Notes: generated from the sequence alone by a model not told the origin. A stretch of 55,051 nucleotides of DNA, filler included, from Squatina squatina (GCA_031763465.1; 3 parts of 3 records of this genome joined end to end with filler, not necessarily neighbours in it); one strand, 5' to 3'; counted from the whole stretch's first letter, positions 25,864 through 39,119 are shown. A program made the numbers and translations.

Positions 25864-26480
25864 AATTTCAGTGAAACTTTAATTTTTGTCTGTGTGGACT
25901 TGCTTTCACTGCAGACTCCCTTCCGTTGGGTAGTTCATTGTATGCCTGATCAATGCAGATTGCTGTTAAAATCGAATAGCTAACTGTAAATTATTTCTTG
26001 ATAAATTTGCGAGAGTTGCATCATAAGTGTCGACTGCATTGCACAATGACATGGAAATGCACTGGCAGTTGGCCTGAATACAAGATTCAAATTGCCCCAT
26101 AAACTTCTACAGTCTGTATATGATTTGTAGCTGTCAAGGTTCAGCTCATAGTTATTAACCGGTTCCATTTGGCTTGTGTTATCTGAACACCTTGACTGAA
26201 ATTGGATTTCTTCTAATTTCATTTCCCTTCAATCACTTTGTGCCGTAGTTAACGCTTCATCCTCTAGTGGTTTTGTTCTGGATTACGTTCTTCCTTCTAT
26301 CAATCATGTCTCTTTCCCTTTTCCCCCTCCCCTCAATCATCATAACATTAGAAATAGGAGNNNNNNNNNNNNNNNNNNNNNNNNNNNNNNNNNNNNNNNN
26401 NNNNNNNNNNNNNNNNNNNNNNNNNNNNNNNNNNNNNNNNNNNNNNNNNNNNNNNNNNNNTTATGATGCAAAATTAATAA

Positions 26481-26486
26481 TTTATT
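26481..26486 (-). terminator. Candidate DENND3 polyadenylation signal
   Basis: AATAAA on the minus strand about 1.2 kb after the DENND3 stop, convergent with the SLC45A4 3' end. Confidence 0.4.
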
Positions 26487-27708
26487 ACTCTGCAGTTAAC
26501 AGCATATATATAGTAAACCTACACAATGCATGCAAGACAGTAAATTGTGTTATCTGCCTACATTTCAGATTATTTAAATAAAGAACTGCTAACTGATAAA
26601 GAACTTTAAAGTGTACACAATTACATAAATAGATGTTGGTTATTTCAACATATGCTATGGTCAGTTAGAAGGGCAGTGATGTAAAATCACAGGCTTCAGA
26701 TAACCTCCCCTCAGTGCTTAAGGTTCAAAGATCCACAAGCTGCTCACAGTTGTATTTTGTAGCTTTCCAATTATTTGAAAAAATATTTGGGTCTGATATT
26801 TCCTAGACACAGGGATTGGTCTGATGGACCACAATGGTCTTTTCCAGTCCTATACAATCCTTTATATAGCACCACAAACCTTTCTTAAAAGACCATATGA
26901 CCGATCATCACAATTTTCTGATCATATTCCATTTAATATTCAAGGCTAAAAGTTTGCTTCTTTGTAAAGCTCTTAAATTGCAATTCACTTCACTTTAAAC
27001 ATTTCCTTAGGTTATTCCCCACCCCATTTTAAAATATGGTTGCAGGGTGACATCTAATGCAATGCAATCTCCCTACAGCTCTGCAATTGTGTTTTTCCAT
27101 TCAGCACGTGGAAAACAACACGATTGAGCAACAATTTAAACTGCAGACAGAATACAGAAATGTTGCAATCATATTTGGCAAGCTAGTTTCTATTTTGTTA
27201 GTTAATCTGATATGTGAAAAAGTAGGAAATAGTCAAGTGCAATTTGACGGATAAGTCAAGTGACAAATAGCAAATAAGTTATGGTCAATTGCACAATGGA
27301 AACATTTTTCAAGGCTACCCAGGACATTCCACTATAGCACAAGTTTAAATGTTTTTGTATCTATCACTTAATTTCAACAGGTATTTTATACCGTTTAATG
27401 GAATCAAAGCAAAAGATTTGTATTATCAAATGTTGCACTTCTCTGGAGCCAAGACTATGCATTAGTATAGATTCCTGATCACTCCATGTAAAGAGGAATG
27501 TTTAACTAAAAATATTTTCAAAAATGAAGCAGATAAAGCAAAACAAACAGGTGTCAATGTTACAAGCAATGTCCTTCTTGTAACAGGAGTTTAAGACAAG
27601 CTTCGAGAAACAAACATTATTTACCAGCTACACAAAAGTATGATATCTTATGAAAAAAAGTTTGACACGACAGCATCATTGGGGTAAAATGTACACAAAG
27701 AAAATAAA

Positions 27709-27903
27709 TTATTCTACTTTCCAGATGGCAACTTTCCCATCTTCTCTGCCAGCTCCACTAAGAACATATCTGTCTTCAGCACAGCATAAGGCTCGCACCA
27801 TGTCTACATGAGCCACCAGTTCCTTTTCCACACTGTATTTGTCTGCGTCTAGCACATAGATTTTCCCTCGGACTTTGTCTGATCCTTTGCCGCCAATCCA
27901 GAT
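27709..27903 (-). CDS. DENND3: DENND3 last coding exon (WD40 region)
   Basis: Acceptor TTCTTTCAG|. [64 protein letters not shown] matches the DENND3 C-terminus. Confidence 0.93.
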   Translation of the reverse strand: MWIGGKGSDKVRGKIYVLDADKYSVEKELVAHVDMVRALCCAEDRYVLSGAGREDGKVAIWKVE

Positions 27904-28149
27904 CTGAAAGAATTTTAATATATTGGTATTAGCCACCTACACTCTTAAATACAATGACATGTTAAGTATACACCTGTTCCAAGAGAAAATCAGTAACAAT
28001 GCCTCTGCTGTTCCCACCCCTTCTCCTTGCCTACTAATCCAAACATCCCTCAGGCTTAGCCTCACCCTTCCCCTGAGGTTGGCTTTCCATCATACCTTAT
28101 TGTGCCCACGAGGTCCACCTCCAATTGTCTTAATCCTATTCCCACTAAT

Positions 28150-28445
28150 CTGAGGCGTGCTGAAAACCCCTTCCTACCCCTTCGCCCCATTCTGGCTGCC
28201 AGTTTAATGCCTCCTCTCCTCTGGCAATCTCCTTTTCAAAACAGATGTTAATGCCCTCTTCTTGAAAAAAAATTGCTACCTCTGTACTTGCAAACTACCA
28301 TCCATATTGAAATTCCACTTCCCCTCCAAGAACATGTTTTCATCTCCCAAATCAGTATCACTACTCCCACCCACCACCTAAAAAAAAGTCCTGTATTTGT
28401 CTCTCCTTTTAGGCTTCCAATCCGACCACTGCACTGAAACAGCCC
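28150..28445 (+). mobile_element. Degenerate L2 LINE fragment
   Basis: C-rich tract with remnants of the L2 KK..DPSVLANYRPISNL and QSGFR motifs (CTCTGTACTTGCAAACTACCATCC; CACTGAAACAGCCC). Confidence 0.5.
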
Positions 28446-28489
28446 AAAACAGACACACACAACATTATCATTGACAGTGTTTTTTTTTA

Positions 28490-28849
28490 ATTCGTTCGCA
28501 GGATGTGGGTGTCTATTGCCCTCGAGAAGCTGATTTTGAGCTGCCTTCTTGACCCGCTGCAGTCATTTGGAGAAGGTGCTCCCACAAAGTCATAGCACTG
28601 TGGTGCAATGAGTAACTTGCCCTGCCATTTAAGATTCAGCCACACTGCTGTGGGTCTGTAGTCGTGTATAGCCCAGAGCGGGTAAGGACGGCAAATTTCC
28701 TTCCCGAAAGGACAGTAGGGAAACATATTTTGTTTTGCCGACAATCCGATAGTTAAATGGACAACATTACTGATGCTACTGTTTTAATTCCAGAGTTATT
28801 TAAATAACTGAATTTAAAATTCCCCCAGCAGCCACTTTGGATGTTGAAC
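28490..28849 (-). mobile_element. SINE/LINE-tail element
   Basis: 28490-28590 is reverse-complement similar to the LINE 3' end at 45990-46110 (GAGCTGCCTTCTTGA.CCGCTGCAGTC). The body resembles 33263-33360. Confidence 0.6.
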
Positions 28850-29214
28850 NNNNNNNNNNNNNNNNNNNNNNNNNNNNNNNNNNNNNNNNNNNNNNNNNNN
28901 NNNNNNNNNNNNNNNNNNNNNNNNNNNNNNNNNNNNNNNNNNNNNNNNNCAGGGAAGATTGCAATTTCAGGGCCACTATGTTACCGTTCCTTTTAACTTA
29001 TAATCAAATCTTTCAAGCTGTATCCTAGTAACTGACTTAACACAAGGTCTATAGTACCACAGGGGCATTAAAGTGCATCCTTCCAATAATCTTAACATGA
29101 TTGTGCAGTTTATGACCTTTCATACCACAATGGATTATTCTGCATTTGCCCAAATTCCTTTCCACATGCCTTTAATGATCTTGGGTGTGTTTTTTTTTTA
29201 AAACTTTAACTCAC

Positions 29215-29354
29215 CAATTTTGATTTTCCCACTTGAATGCAATGCTGTTGAATGGACCAGGATGCTGCATTGAAGAGCACTACTTTTCCTTCACTTAATG
29301 CACACCATAATCTTGGATTTGCATTCTTATCCTCTTCCTGTTGGATCAGACGAC
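29215..29354 (-). CDS. DENND3: DENND3 internal coding exon
   Basis: 140-nt exon, TGTGCTAG| ... TTG|GTGAGT. (G)RLIQQEEDKNANPRLWCALSEGKVVLFNAASWSIQQHCIQVGKSKL contains the DENND3 LWCALSEGKV motif. Absent from the ORF track. Confidence 0.9.
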
Positions 29355-30366
29355 CTAGCACAGTCAAGTGTTTAATTCATGATTAAGTGCAGTACTGATT
29401 GAATTTGTTTTTTTTTTACAAAGCTAACAGAAACTTGCTTTTTTTCATTTCAATGTTTACAGTTGATCATTTTTTAAAATTAAAACCAGCCTTTTTAAAA
29501 TAAAATGTACATTGTTTCCCACATCCATTTGGTAGTTTTGTGGCAAGACATGATTCAATCTATAACAGCTATATCACTATGTAGGATTTATACCATCTGA
29601 TAACACAAACTGATACCAAACATTATTCATATTTTTAAAAAAAAGAAAGCAAATTGGAAAAAAGAAAGTACCTAAGGTATTATCCCATGTGAAAGAAAGA
29701 GTGGATGAAATAGACACCAAAACAAAACTCACTCACATATCACTCTGATTTCTTCAAGTGCCAGATGCAACATTAAGAAAACATCCAGCAATAAAATTCA
29801 CTGATTAATAGGCAGAATGTAAGCTTTCTAAGCAATACCTAAGCTGTGAAGCAGACTCAAAAACATTGCGTTTTAAATATAATCTTCTATGAAGAAATAA
29901 TTTGGAACATCTGTAGCGTTTTGTATAGATTTCATCAAGCAACTTGTGTTGCTACATTTCACAGAAGCACTCATCCTTNNNNNNNNNNNNNNNNNNNNNN
30001 NNNNNNNNNNNNNNNNNNNNNNNNNNNNNNNNNNNNNNNNNNNNNNNNNNNNNNNNNNNNNNNNNNNNNNNNNNNNNNTAAAGATAAAATATAAATTTTT
30101 CTTTCAAGGACCATTAATTAAATTATTATCCCTTTAGAACACAGCTATTGTAGCTTGGCTGATTTACATATGAAATAACCAGTCAACTCTGGTGTAAGGA
30201 AGAACTTGAACTTATATAATTAGGCAGCAGCCTTCCTTCGGTTCCCTGCTTCACACTACCTGTGTCGAGCAACGAGTTATCATCTCCACAACTTTTTAAA
30301 AAGACAAAAGAATTACAAAGCATTCAGAAAAAGCCTAAATCATATGAACTATTTCTAAAGCACTAC

Positions 30367-30626
30367 CTGTATGTCTCTAAATTTGGCAATCTCAACATAG
30401 CCAGGTCTTCCTTCTATAAGAAGGAACAGTCGCTTCTGCGTCAATGCAATTTTGCCCACACCATAGTTGGTCTTCACAGAAGACGACAATTTATAGACAC
30501 TTTCATTTTTGTCCAGGTGTTCTATCACTTCCAGGGGCAGGTTAACTTCCCGAGCCTCAGTCTCTGATTCCTTCCAAAAGTTGTAAAAGTCTTTAAATGT
30601 CTCAGGATCAATCTGTTTCAGATGCC
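30367..30626 (-). CDS. DENND3: DENND3 internal coding exon
   Basis: 260-nt exon, TTTAAG| ... CAG|GTAGTG. (G)[86 protein letters not shown]. Absent from the ORF track. Confidence 0.92.
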
Positions 30627-32833
30627 CTTAAATATGAAAAAAAATCAAAGTCTTATTGCGCGGCTCACAGTAAACACGAAATGGACAACTTGTACTCCTT
30701 TCAAAAATTAGAATTCCTTCTAAATGGTATTAAAAGGTATCCTAAAGGCAATGCCTGTCCTTTAAGCCGGAAGATAAAATTCAACCAAAGCAAGAAAGCA
30801 AAGCCAATATTAGTTTTTCTTTCACTCAACACTCAGAACAGCAATGAAGATGAACTGGACTGATTATTCCACATTTACAATATTTGGCTTAAAAAACACA
30901 AGGACCAATTTTACAAATGTGTTCTTCCAGTAGAAAGCCTCACCCAAATGGAGTATATGTTGGGAAATGGAGTCATTCGTCCCAAGATTTTACATCCATT
31001 AAAATTAATGGATACAAAATTGTGGGAAGCACCACCAAGATTTCCCAGTTATGTGCTCCCAGCAGGCAAAACTCAAATTCATAAAACTGACTGTAAAATA
31101 TATTGTGTTGGCAACTTAATAATGTAACATGTTGGCACAGCATGTTGAAGCACCAAGGCACAGTATCATGAAATAACAGGACTTCGGGTCAATCCTCCTC
31201 AGCTGAATTATCGATTTTGCTGCATTACTGTGTAGAGCTATCAAATGCAAAGCAGCTCTTCCACACAGGCAGATGAAGAGATGAAGATGAAGAGAGAAAA
31301 TATTAAGTTAAAGCAAAGCAACAGTTGAAACCATAAGAACTGCCTGAAACCTCGTAACCCAAATTACTAACTCCAATTCCCATATGTAATATAACTATAC
31401 ATAGGAGGCCATTCAGCCCATTTGTTCCTGTGCCAGATCTCTCAAACAGCNNNNNNNNNNNNNNNNNNNNNNNNNNNNNNNNNNNNNNNNNNNNNNNNNN
31501 NNNNNNNNNNNNNNNNNNNNNNNNNNNNNNNNNNNNNNNNNNNNNNNNNNGCTATCGACTCTGTCCAGACCCCTCATGATTTTGAAATATTTTCAAAGAG
31601 GGAATAGAGTCTGATATTTATTTGATTTGTCGTGCATGAAAGCAGTTCAACTGCTCTGCCAGCTGCTTGACACTGCTATCGGATTAAACTTTGAAGTACA
31701 TTTTTGAAAGATGAGATTAGAATTTTTTGTCAGAAATCTTGAGGGGACTGTATAAATGCCAAATTATAACGTCTGCAGCATAAGACCTCTATCCGTGGTT
31801 GCGGTACAACATTTGACTCTGCCTTTGAGATAGGGAGGGGGAAGTCAATCAAGAAAAAAGAGTGAAGCATTTTTCTATCTTTATTACTTACTTGTGTACA
31901 TAGAAATGATCAGATGTTACTTTTTTTAAAGTTATATTTGTATGGAAAGGTAACTTTTAGCCAGCTTATACACTATAATTGTTTTTTTAAAAAATACGTG
32001 CATTGTAACCACATTGTATCCGCCTAGAAAGACCAGCAAAGATAATGGTTTCCTTTCATGACTCTACAACGGAAGTTTGTGGTAAGTCTTTTGACAGAGG
32101 AAACTGAGATTAGCTACAGATAATGGTTACAGTGGTAACACAAGTGAAAAAATGAACCACAGTGAAATGAATGGAAGAAGCTAACATGAATAATATATTA
32201 ATTCAGGAACTGAAATCTTAAAAAAAATCTTAAAAAAAAGAAAATTGATATTTTTCATTCACCTAAAGAGGATATGTTATATTTATTTGTAAATTAAATG
32301 TAACTTTCATTCATTGGAAGCAAAGCACTTAGGACAGTGCTCAGAGCTCAAATCCACTGACTTTGCTCTGAATTAGAAAAACATGTACATTTTTTTACTT
32401 TCAGGTCCATTAGTATTCAGGCTGCTCTATGACAGTGCATTCCATAAAACAATACAATAGGATTTTTCTTCCTTCGTACCAGGGTGCTTCTGTAAATAAA
32501 GTTGTTTGTTTCTGCACACATCTTAGAAATGCAAAAAAAGATATTTCCATTCACGTTTGTGAAAACTACACCTGCTCCATTTTTCATCCGGGAATTCCAG
32601 CTTGGTTGCAAATGTTATTGTATGTTTGCTACCCAGATGGCTCGGTTGGTAAATGCACTGCCTGGTATTGAGTTAAACAAATGAGACTTGACCACTGTCT
32701 GTGCTGAATTAGCTCATCTCAGCTGAGACAGGAATATGGTTATTCCAATTGGTCTCAGCGTTCCTGGGCTTGTGAACTGTGGGGCGGGGGGATGGTGGGC
32801 AACAGCCACAATGCTCACTTCTGNNNNNNNNNN

Positions 32834-33162
32834 GGTAAGGAGTACTGGATGAGCAGAAATGTCCTCTAACTAAATATTGGGAAAACCAAAGCCATTGTCT
32901 TCAGTTCCTGCCACTAACTCCGTTCCCTAGCCACTGACTTATCTCTCCCTGGCAACTATCTGAGACTGAACCAGAGGATTCGCAATGTTGTTGTCGTATT
33001 TGGTCCAAGATGAGCTTCCGACCGCATATCCGTTGCCATTAGTGAGAGCGCATATTTCCACATCAGTAATATCGCCCCACTCCGCCCCTGCCTCAGCTCA
33101 CCGGCTGCTGAAACCCTCATCCATGCTTTGGTTACCTCTAGGCTTGACTATTACAATGCACT
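32834..33162 (+). mobile_element. L2 LINE ORF2 fragment (post-RT region)
   Basis: Frameshifted remnants of LNIGKT..IVF, LRLNQ..RN, AYFH..NIA, AETLIHALVTSRLDYYNA. Confidence 0.8.
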
Positions 33163-36019
33163 NNNNNNNNNNNNNNNNNNNNNNNNNNNNNNNNNNNNNN
33201 NNNNNNNNNNNNNNNNNNNNNNNNNNNNNNNNNNNNNNNNNNNNNNNNNNNNNNNNNNNNNNAATTTGATCATTTGAATTCAGTTTTTAAAAATCTGAAC
33301 ATTAATAGCTGGTATCAATAAAAGTTACCATGATGCTGCTGGATTGTCATAAAACCCAACAAATCCACGCTTTGGGCAGCAGATGTTGTAAACAACCCTA
33401 TGTGGGCCCTCTTGGTTTTGTTTTCTTCAGACTATCTTTCAAGTGCATTCTCTGGGTTCACAGCAATACATTTGCTGCTTTTTTTCCCCAGAAATTAGTC
33501 AAAAATGAATGTATGGAATACAATCAAATGGAAAACTTTGTAAAGGTATATACAAATTAAATAAAGTACATCTATCAGGCTGTGTGTTTTAATTCCCCAT
33601 GGGTCACTCTGGCTGCGATATGGCTGAACAGCTGGAATTGTCAAAAAGAAACCAATTGAGATCTTATTCTCGTCTGACATAAATTTGTCCTTAAAAGAGA
33701 ATTTTACTTGTCTATGGAAGATGAAGAAGTTGGCTGGAAAGGAGAGGGGGAGAGATTCACCAGAGCATGACATTAATTGCTTCTTCTGGCAACATCTGNN
33801 NNNNNNNNNNNNNNNNNNNNNNNNNNNNNNNNNNNNNNNNNNNNNNNNNNNNNNNNNNNNNNNNNNNNNNNNNNNNNNNNNNNNNNNNNNNNNNNNNNTT
33901 AGCAATGCGGCAGCCATTCCATGTTGCCTTCACAATCAGTGTGCTGATGGACCACTCATTGTGAGGCATTGGCACATCGCACAGTATGAAGACCAGGCTA
34001 TGCATTGTCCTAATTTATCAGCCTGATTATATTCCAGTGATAACCCTGAAATGTTCTAATTTTGTTTATGTAGTGTGTTCAAACGATAAATATATTATCA
34101 AGACATTTTCAGGTTTAAAAATCACCTCCGATATCAGCATGAATTACTTTGAACTATATATCAAGAGTTGAAACTAGTAATGTATATTTCGAATTTTTTG
34201 GATAGTTAAATCTATTGTATTAGAAATACCAAGAATATGAATACAGCCTTCTATAAAAAGGAATGTGGTCTCACTATTGAATTTCAATGCCATAATCACA
34301 TATTTCATTGAAATTGTGTTTGAGTCTAGACAATTGAACTAATCATTACCAACACAACCGCTGCTTAATTTTCTACTGCGGATTAAATTATAAGGATCGT
34401 ACCCATCTGTGAGACAAAATTGTCGAGTCTGCTGGAGCTTGTGGGCTGCAGTGATTGATGTGTATTGTTTCTGATGTGTGACTTCTGGGTGCTGTGCAAC
34501 AACAAAAGACTTGCGTCATTGTATAGCACAGTGCAGACAAGTCAGTGCTTTAATGCAGGGTTAGAGCCATTTTCCCCTTCTTTCCCCCAGTGTTCAGTTG
34601 AATTGCTGATGTGCTGCTGATTTGCTGCTATTCTGAGACAGTCATTACAGAAATTGCATCATAAGTATCGTAGAGCTGTTGTAGTTGGGCGGACTTCTTT
34701 GTTTATATGGAAGATTTTCTTAATTGGAGGCTGAATATTAAATATTATGGTGAGTTAAGTCGTCCTGTGCTTTCTGGTTACATTGTGGAATTAACTTAAG
34801 AGGTTACCAGTTATATGGAGGAAAATTTGGAAAGTTTCAACTGGTTTTATTTTCAAAAAATTATCTTTCTGATTTTATTAATTTGCTATAGTACTGTAGC
34901 TCAAATATTACTGGCAGTGCATTTTTTATTAATTGTAGTAGAAGTGTTTTTCAGACTCTAGTATTTCATGATTTAATATCTATATAAACATGTATTATTT
35001 TGAATTAAATTTATAAGAATGGCATGTACATGTGGCTGTAAAAGGGGCCTGAAGGTTTTTGTTAAAACAGCAGGGATAGCTGGATTCAGGCTTTGAGAAT
35101 TGAACTGTGAAAAGGTCTTTAAAATGGTTGATTCCTTGTGTGTGGGAGAGATATGGCAACAATGCGTCTGTATTGATAAAGCCGCTTGTAATTTAGGCTG
35201 GTTGACTTGATGGGGGAGGGAACCATAGTATGTGTAATGTATGGAACTTTTTGCTATTTAGTCATATCTGAACATCTTTTATTGCTATTGAAGATGAGTG
35301 GTGTGCTTTTGAACTTAACAGAATACTGGCTTGAAATAACCTCTTTCTGTTCCCTATCAATGATTGGATCCAGGGTAACATAAATGTATATGCAGGCCCC
35401 ACCCTGAACTAAAATTAATAACATTTTAAACATACAAAATTTAAACAATTGGGAAAAAGCATACCTTATAAGCATTCCTGTTCCATGTTGCAAATCCTTG
35501 CATTAACTTTCCACATTACAAGCCAGCGTGTCTTAGTCTTCTGTATTGCTCTGTTCCTCGAATTGTATTTATTTTATTACTTGGGCCTTAACCACAGTAA
35601 TTTTTGCAACTCTGTTGATTGATTAGGTTGTTTCTTTATGCCTTTTAAGATTTATGCATCAGTAGAACCACTGAAGTGATCTTGTGTGTTTCTGAGAATT
35701 TAAACCCCAATGACCAAGTCCTCAAACCAGAGCCGCCTTTCTTTCCCTATTCTCTATTCCACCCCAACATACTGCTGCTGGTTCTTCAAGTTGACAGATC
35801 ATTACCTCCTCCACCCTGGAACCAAAACTACCCCTCAAACATAGTTCCTGCCCATGCATCTCCTCCTAGCCAGCTGCCATCAGCTTCCACTTTCTCATTT
35901 GGATGTTTGTCAGCAGATAGATCCTGGATAGTGTTGTCCTACCTGATCTAGCAACCACCTCTGTGAGCACTCGCGGACTACTTTAACCTGATGGAGCAGC
36001 TGGAATTAATTGGAACTGA

Positions 36020-36359
36020 AGTCTGATGAGATGGTCGGGGACCACCCTTGCAGAATCGCAATTGAGTGGCTGCCTCCTCCATTACTGCTCCTGCTCCTCG
36101 TCCTGCTCCTGCTCCTGCTCCTCCTCGTGGTGGCCAAATTGTGCAGCAGACGACGACGAAATGGGATACCCACTCAGCCGAATACTGCAGAACTCCTGAG
36201 CGGCCAAAGCAATGGAACCATTGCTTGAGCACTCCGATGGTTTACTCAATGATGTTCCCAGCGGCAGCAGGGCTCTCATTATGAGTGCTGGGCAGGAGTG
36301 TTAGGGTTGCGGAGAAGTCACGAGCCGGGTGGAGAGTCTCCCGGCAACCAGCCGCGAGC
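36020..36359 (-). mobile_element. PIF/Harbinger transposase relic (DDE C-terminal part with acidic tail)
   Basis: Across frames: GWLPGD, HNE..AAAGNIIE, GVLKQWFHCFGRSGVLQYSAEWVSHFVVVCC, then an EEEQEQEQDEEQEQ repeat. This is the HARBI1-like motif order, with frameshifts. Confidence 0.75.
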
Positions 36360-36511
36360 NNNNNNNNNNNNNNNNNNNNNNNNNNNNNNNNNNNNNNNNN
36401 NNNNNNNNNNNNNNNNNNNNNNNNNNNNNNNNNNNNNNNNNNNNNNNNNNNNNNNNNNNTGGTGATGATGGTCAGATTGAAGAGAACTTCCCTGCTGTTC
36501 AATTAGTCTTA

Positions 36512-36685
36512 TAGTATCTTTTGCACCCACCTAAGAGGGCAGACAGGGCCTCGGTTTAACGCTTCATCTGAAAGACAAGGCTGCCGACAGTGCAGCACTT
36601 CCTGAGCACTGCTCCTCCGACAGTGTAGCATTCCCTCAGTTCGGCCCCTCTGATAGTGCAGCACTCCCTCAGCACTACACTTGGA
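36512..36685 (-). mobile_element. Deu-domain SINE fragment with 3x33-bp internal tandem repeat
   Basis: Minus strand reads TCTTTCAGATGAAGCGTTAAACCGAGGCCCTGTCTGCCCTCTTAGGTGG (Deu core). Repeat units start at 36584, 36617 and 36650. Confidence 0.75.
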
Positions 36686-37884
36686 GAACTCTAGCATCCC
36701 AAAGGGAATCACTTGATCATTGTAAATAGTAAATTTGATCTCTGTACACATGTACTGACATCGGGTTACATTGCACTCAATTTGGGACATTCAAAATATG
36801 TGACTTGTAAGCACATTTATATCGTGTTAATGCATATGTGCAAAGAATACTTTGATGTCAAAACACATAATTTCGGGCATGTACCATTTTAATAACACCC
36901 CTGTCTGCTGATGAATGCTGTTCAGCAGTGACAGCATTCTAGGAATATAGTGTATGAAATTCAATATGATGTAGTTGGCATGTTGATTGAAAGAACGGAG
37001 TCACTCGTCATTCTTTGCCTTTCCAGCTGTATGGAAAATATGGAAACTGCCTTTGAGGATCCAGGAGCTAGCTGTGGTACTGATAGGTTATTATAGTGCT
37101 GCCCTAGTTTCCAGGCAGTACGTGCTCAGACTCCAATGCTGTTCTGTGTAGGCTGTGATAATAAGAGTTCACTCTTCTTATGGTTGGAAAACGGCAAGAT
37201 GAAGCAGAAGTTTTGTCTTTTTATTACCTGACCCTAGGCATAATTTCAAATGAAACAAAGGCAAAAAAACAACACTACAGAATGCCAGAGGCACATCTGA
37301 AGGAATACAGTCATGACCTGGGTCAGATTTGATTTGCAGTGAGGCATCGGTTGAATTCTCTTGTCAGTTTTGTAAACAGGAGTCTGAGGGTGAGATTAGC
37401 ATATTAATAAGGTGCTTGCTAATCAACTCCAAATGGAGCTGGCTGCAGGCTACAGTGGTGCCTTTTAGCAGTTTGCACTGGAAAGGGTGGCTCGGGTGTA
37501 CGAGAAACATGAGGAGAATCTGAAACTTGAAGGAGGTTTGGTGCAGTTCTTTGCTGAAGAAATTGTATGCTGTTCTGCACCACTGTGGAGCCTGTAATAG
37601 GAGAACTAACGTGAAGGCGCATATGAAAGGAAACAGGGTTTTTGTGTTGGACTGAACAAATTAAAGTGTCTTCCCAGCCCCCTGCTGGAGCCCATACTGG
37701 CAGTGTTGAATTGAGACATTGTATGCAGTGGCCTAGCTAGCGTGTACGCTGCTGCCAAGGCAGCAAGGCCTGATCCAAGAAGCANNNNNNNNNNNNNNNN
37801 NNNNNNNNNNNNNNNNNNNNNNNNNNNNNNNNNNNNNNNNNNNNNNNNNNNNNNNNNNNNNNNNNNNNNNNNNNNNNNNNNNNN

Positions 37885-37970
37885 TCCACAAATGCTGACT
37901 GACTTGAGTTTCCAGAATTTTCTATTCTTTTATTTTAGATTTCCAGCATCCAGTTTTTTGCTCTTTGCTT
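37885..37970 (+). mobile_element. Penelope-associated terminal repeat fragment
   Basis: TCCACAAATGCTGACTGAC..GAGTTTCCAG..TTTTCT..TTTAGATTTCCAGCATC is the reverse complement of the copy at 39772-39875. Confidence 0.6.
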
Positions 37971-39119
37971 AGATAAATTGAACCCTGATTAATATTGCCA
38001 GAAACTCTAGAAATTCTGGATGTGGTTTCAAGCTTAGAAGAGTAAATGCCCGGGGACACAGTGGCGATAGATAATGTGAAAATATTTAAGGATTAATTCA
38101 ATAAATATTTGAAGGAGTAGGTGATTAAGTGGTACTCATTCCATTCCATTCATTTTTGGAACAGACTGCAGACCTTTTTGGTCCTATTTTTTTTAATGTA
38201 AATACTGTAGTTCTCTAATGGGAAATAATGGTACGTATTGTTTTTAGGGCTGACCAAATAAAACAAATTGCCTTGTTTTATTTTGTTGTGCTGCTGTTGA
38301 AGTCCTGAAAGGGTTAAGGAAAATAACACTTAAACATTCCTATCTGTAGTGCCCCACCTCATTGAATAGTATTTGGCAGAGGGTTCCTGTGTATTGCACT
38401 TCTATTTGTTTTAGTGGGATTTGAACCAATCAGCTCTTCAAATACTCACATGGTGCAATCTAAAACTTACTAAACTCCAATAATGTGTGTTCATAGTCTG
38501 GAGGCAGTCTCTTTGGGATGTGCAAATGCAGGCACTGTGCAAAGTCGTGGTCAAACATGCAGACAGTGCTACAACTGGGAAGTATACTACCTGTGACGTT
38601 TAAAAAGCCGCAGGTTATAATGATTCATCTTTTGCTGGATTATGAATAGTTTGACTGTAAGGATGTAACACAAGAAGAATGCTCAGAGGCCTGTAGATTT
38701 AATTTGAAAAGTGAAGTTTATTATTTGAAGTTTATCTATGATTCTTGCTGAGAAGGATCCCCCTTCCCCATCAGAATTCTCCATACCATGTATTTGCTGG
38801 GGTGTTCGAACAAGAAATGAAGTAGAAGTAAACCATCTCGAGGCAGAAGGTATTATTACAAAGGACTTGAGTCATGTTTGGAAAATTTCAAGTAATTAGT
38901 AAGATTTTTAAATTGCCTAGTTCAGGATTCTGTTCTACGGTGTGAATTTAATATGTATATTTTTAAGTCGTAAATTGTGACTGGTGTAAAGTTATAATTT
39001 TGACTACATTTCGTATCCGTTCTTTTGAAAGTTATTTTTTTTTAATTTTGGACCGTTATTTTTTTAATTTGGAACCTTCTGAAAGCTTCCGGTTCATTGG
39101 TAGGAGTTACTCCATTCTA

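Noticed and set aside
36010-36284. Poly-Leu and Pro-Ala ORFs as signal-peptide or novel proteins
   Set aside because: They are antisense readings of the (GAGCAG)n acidic tail of a Harbinger transposase relic.
36584-36681. CRISPR-like array of 33-bp repeats
   Set aside because: Units are contiguous with no spacers, are diverged, lie within a SINE, and there are no cas genes; the DNA is vertebrate.
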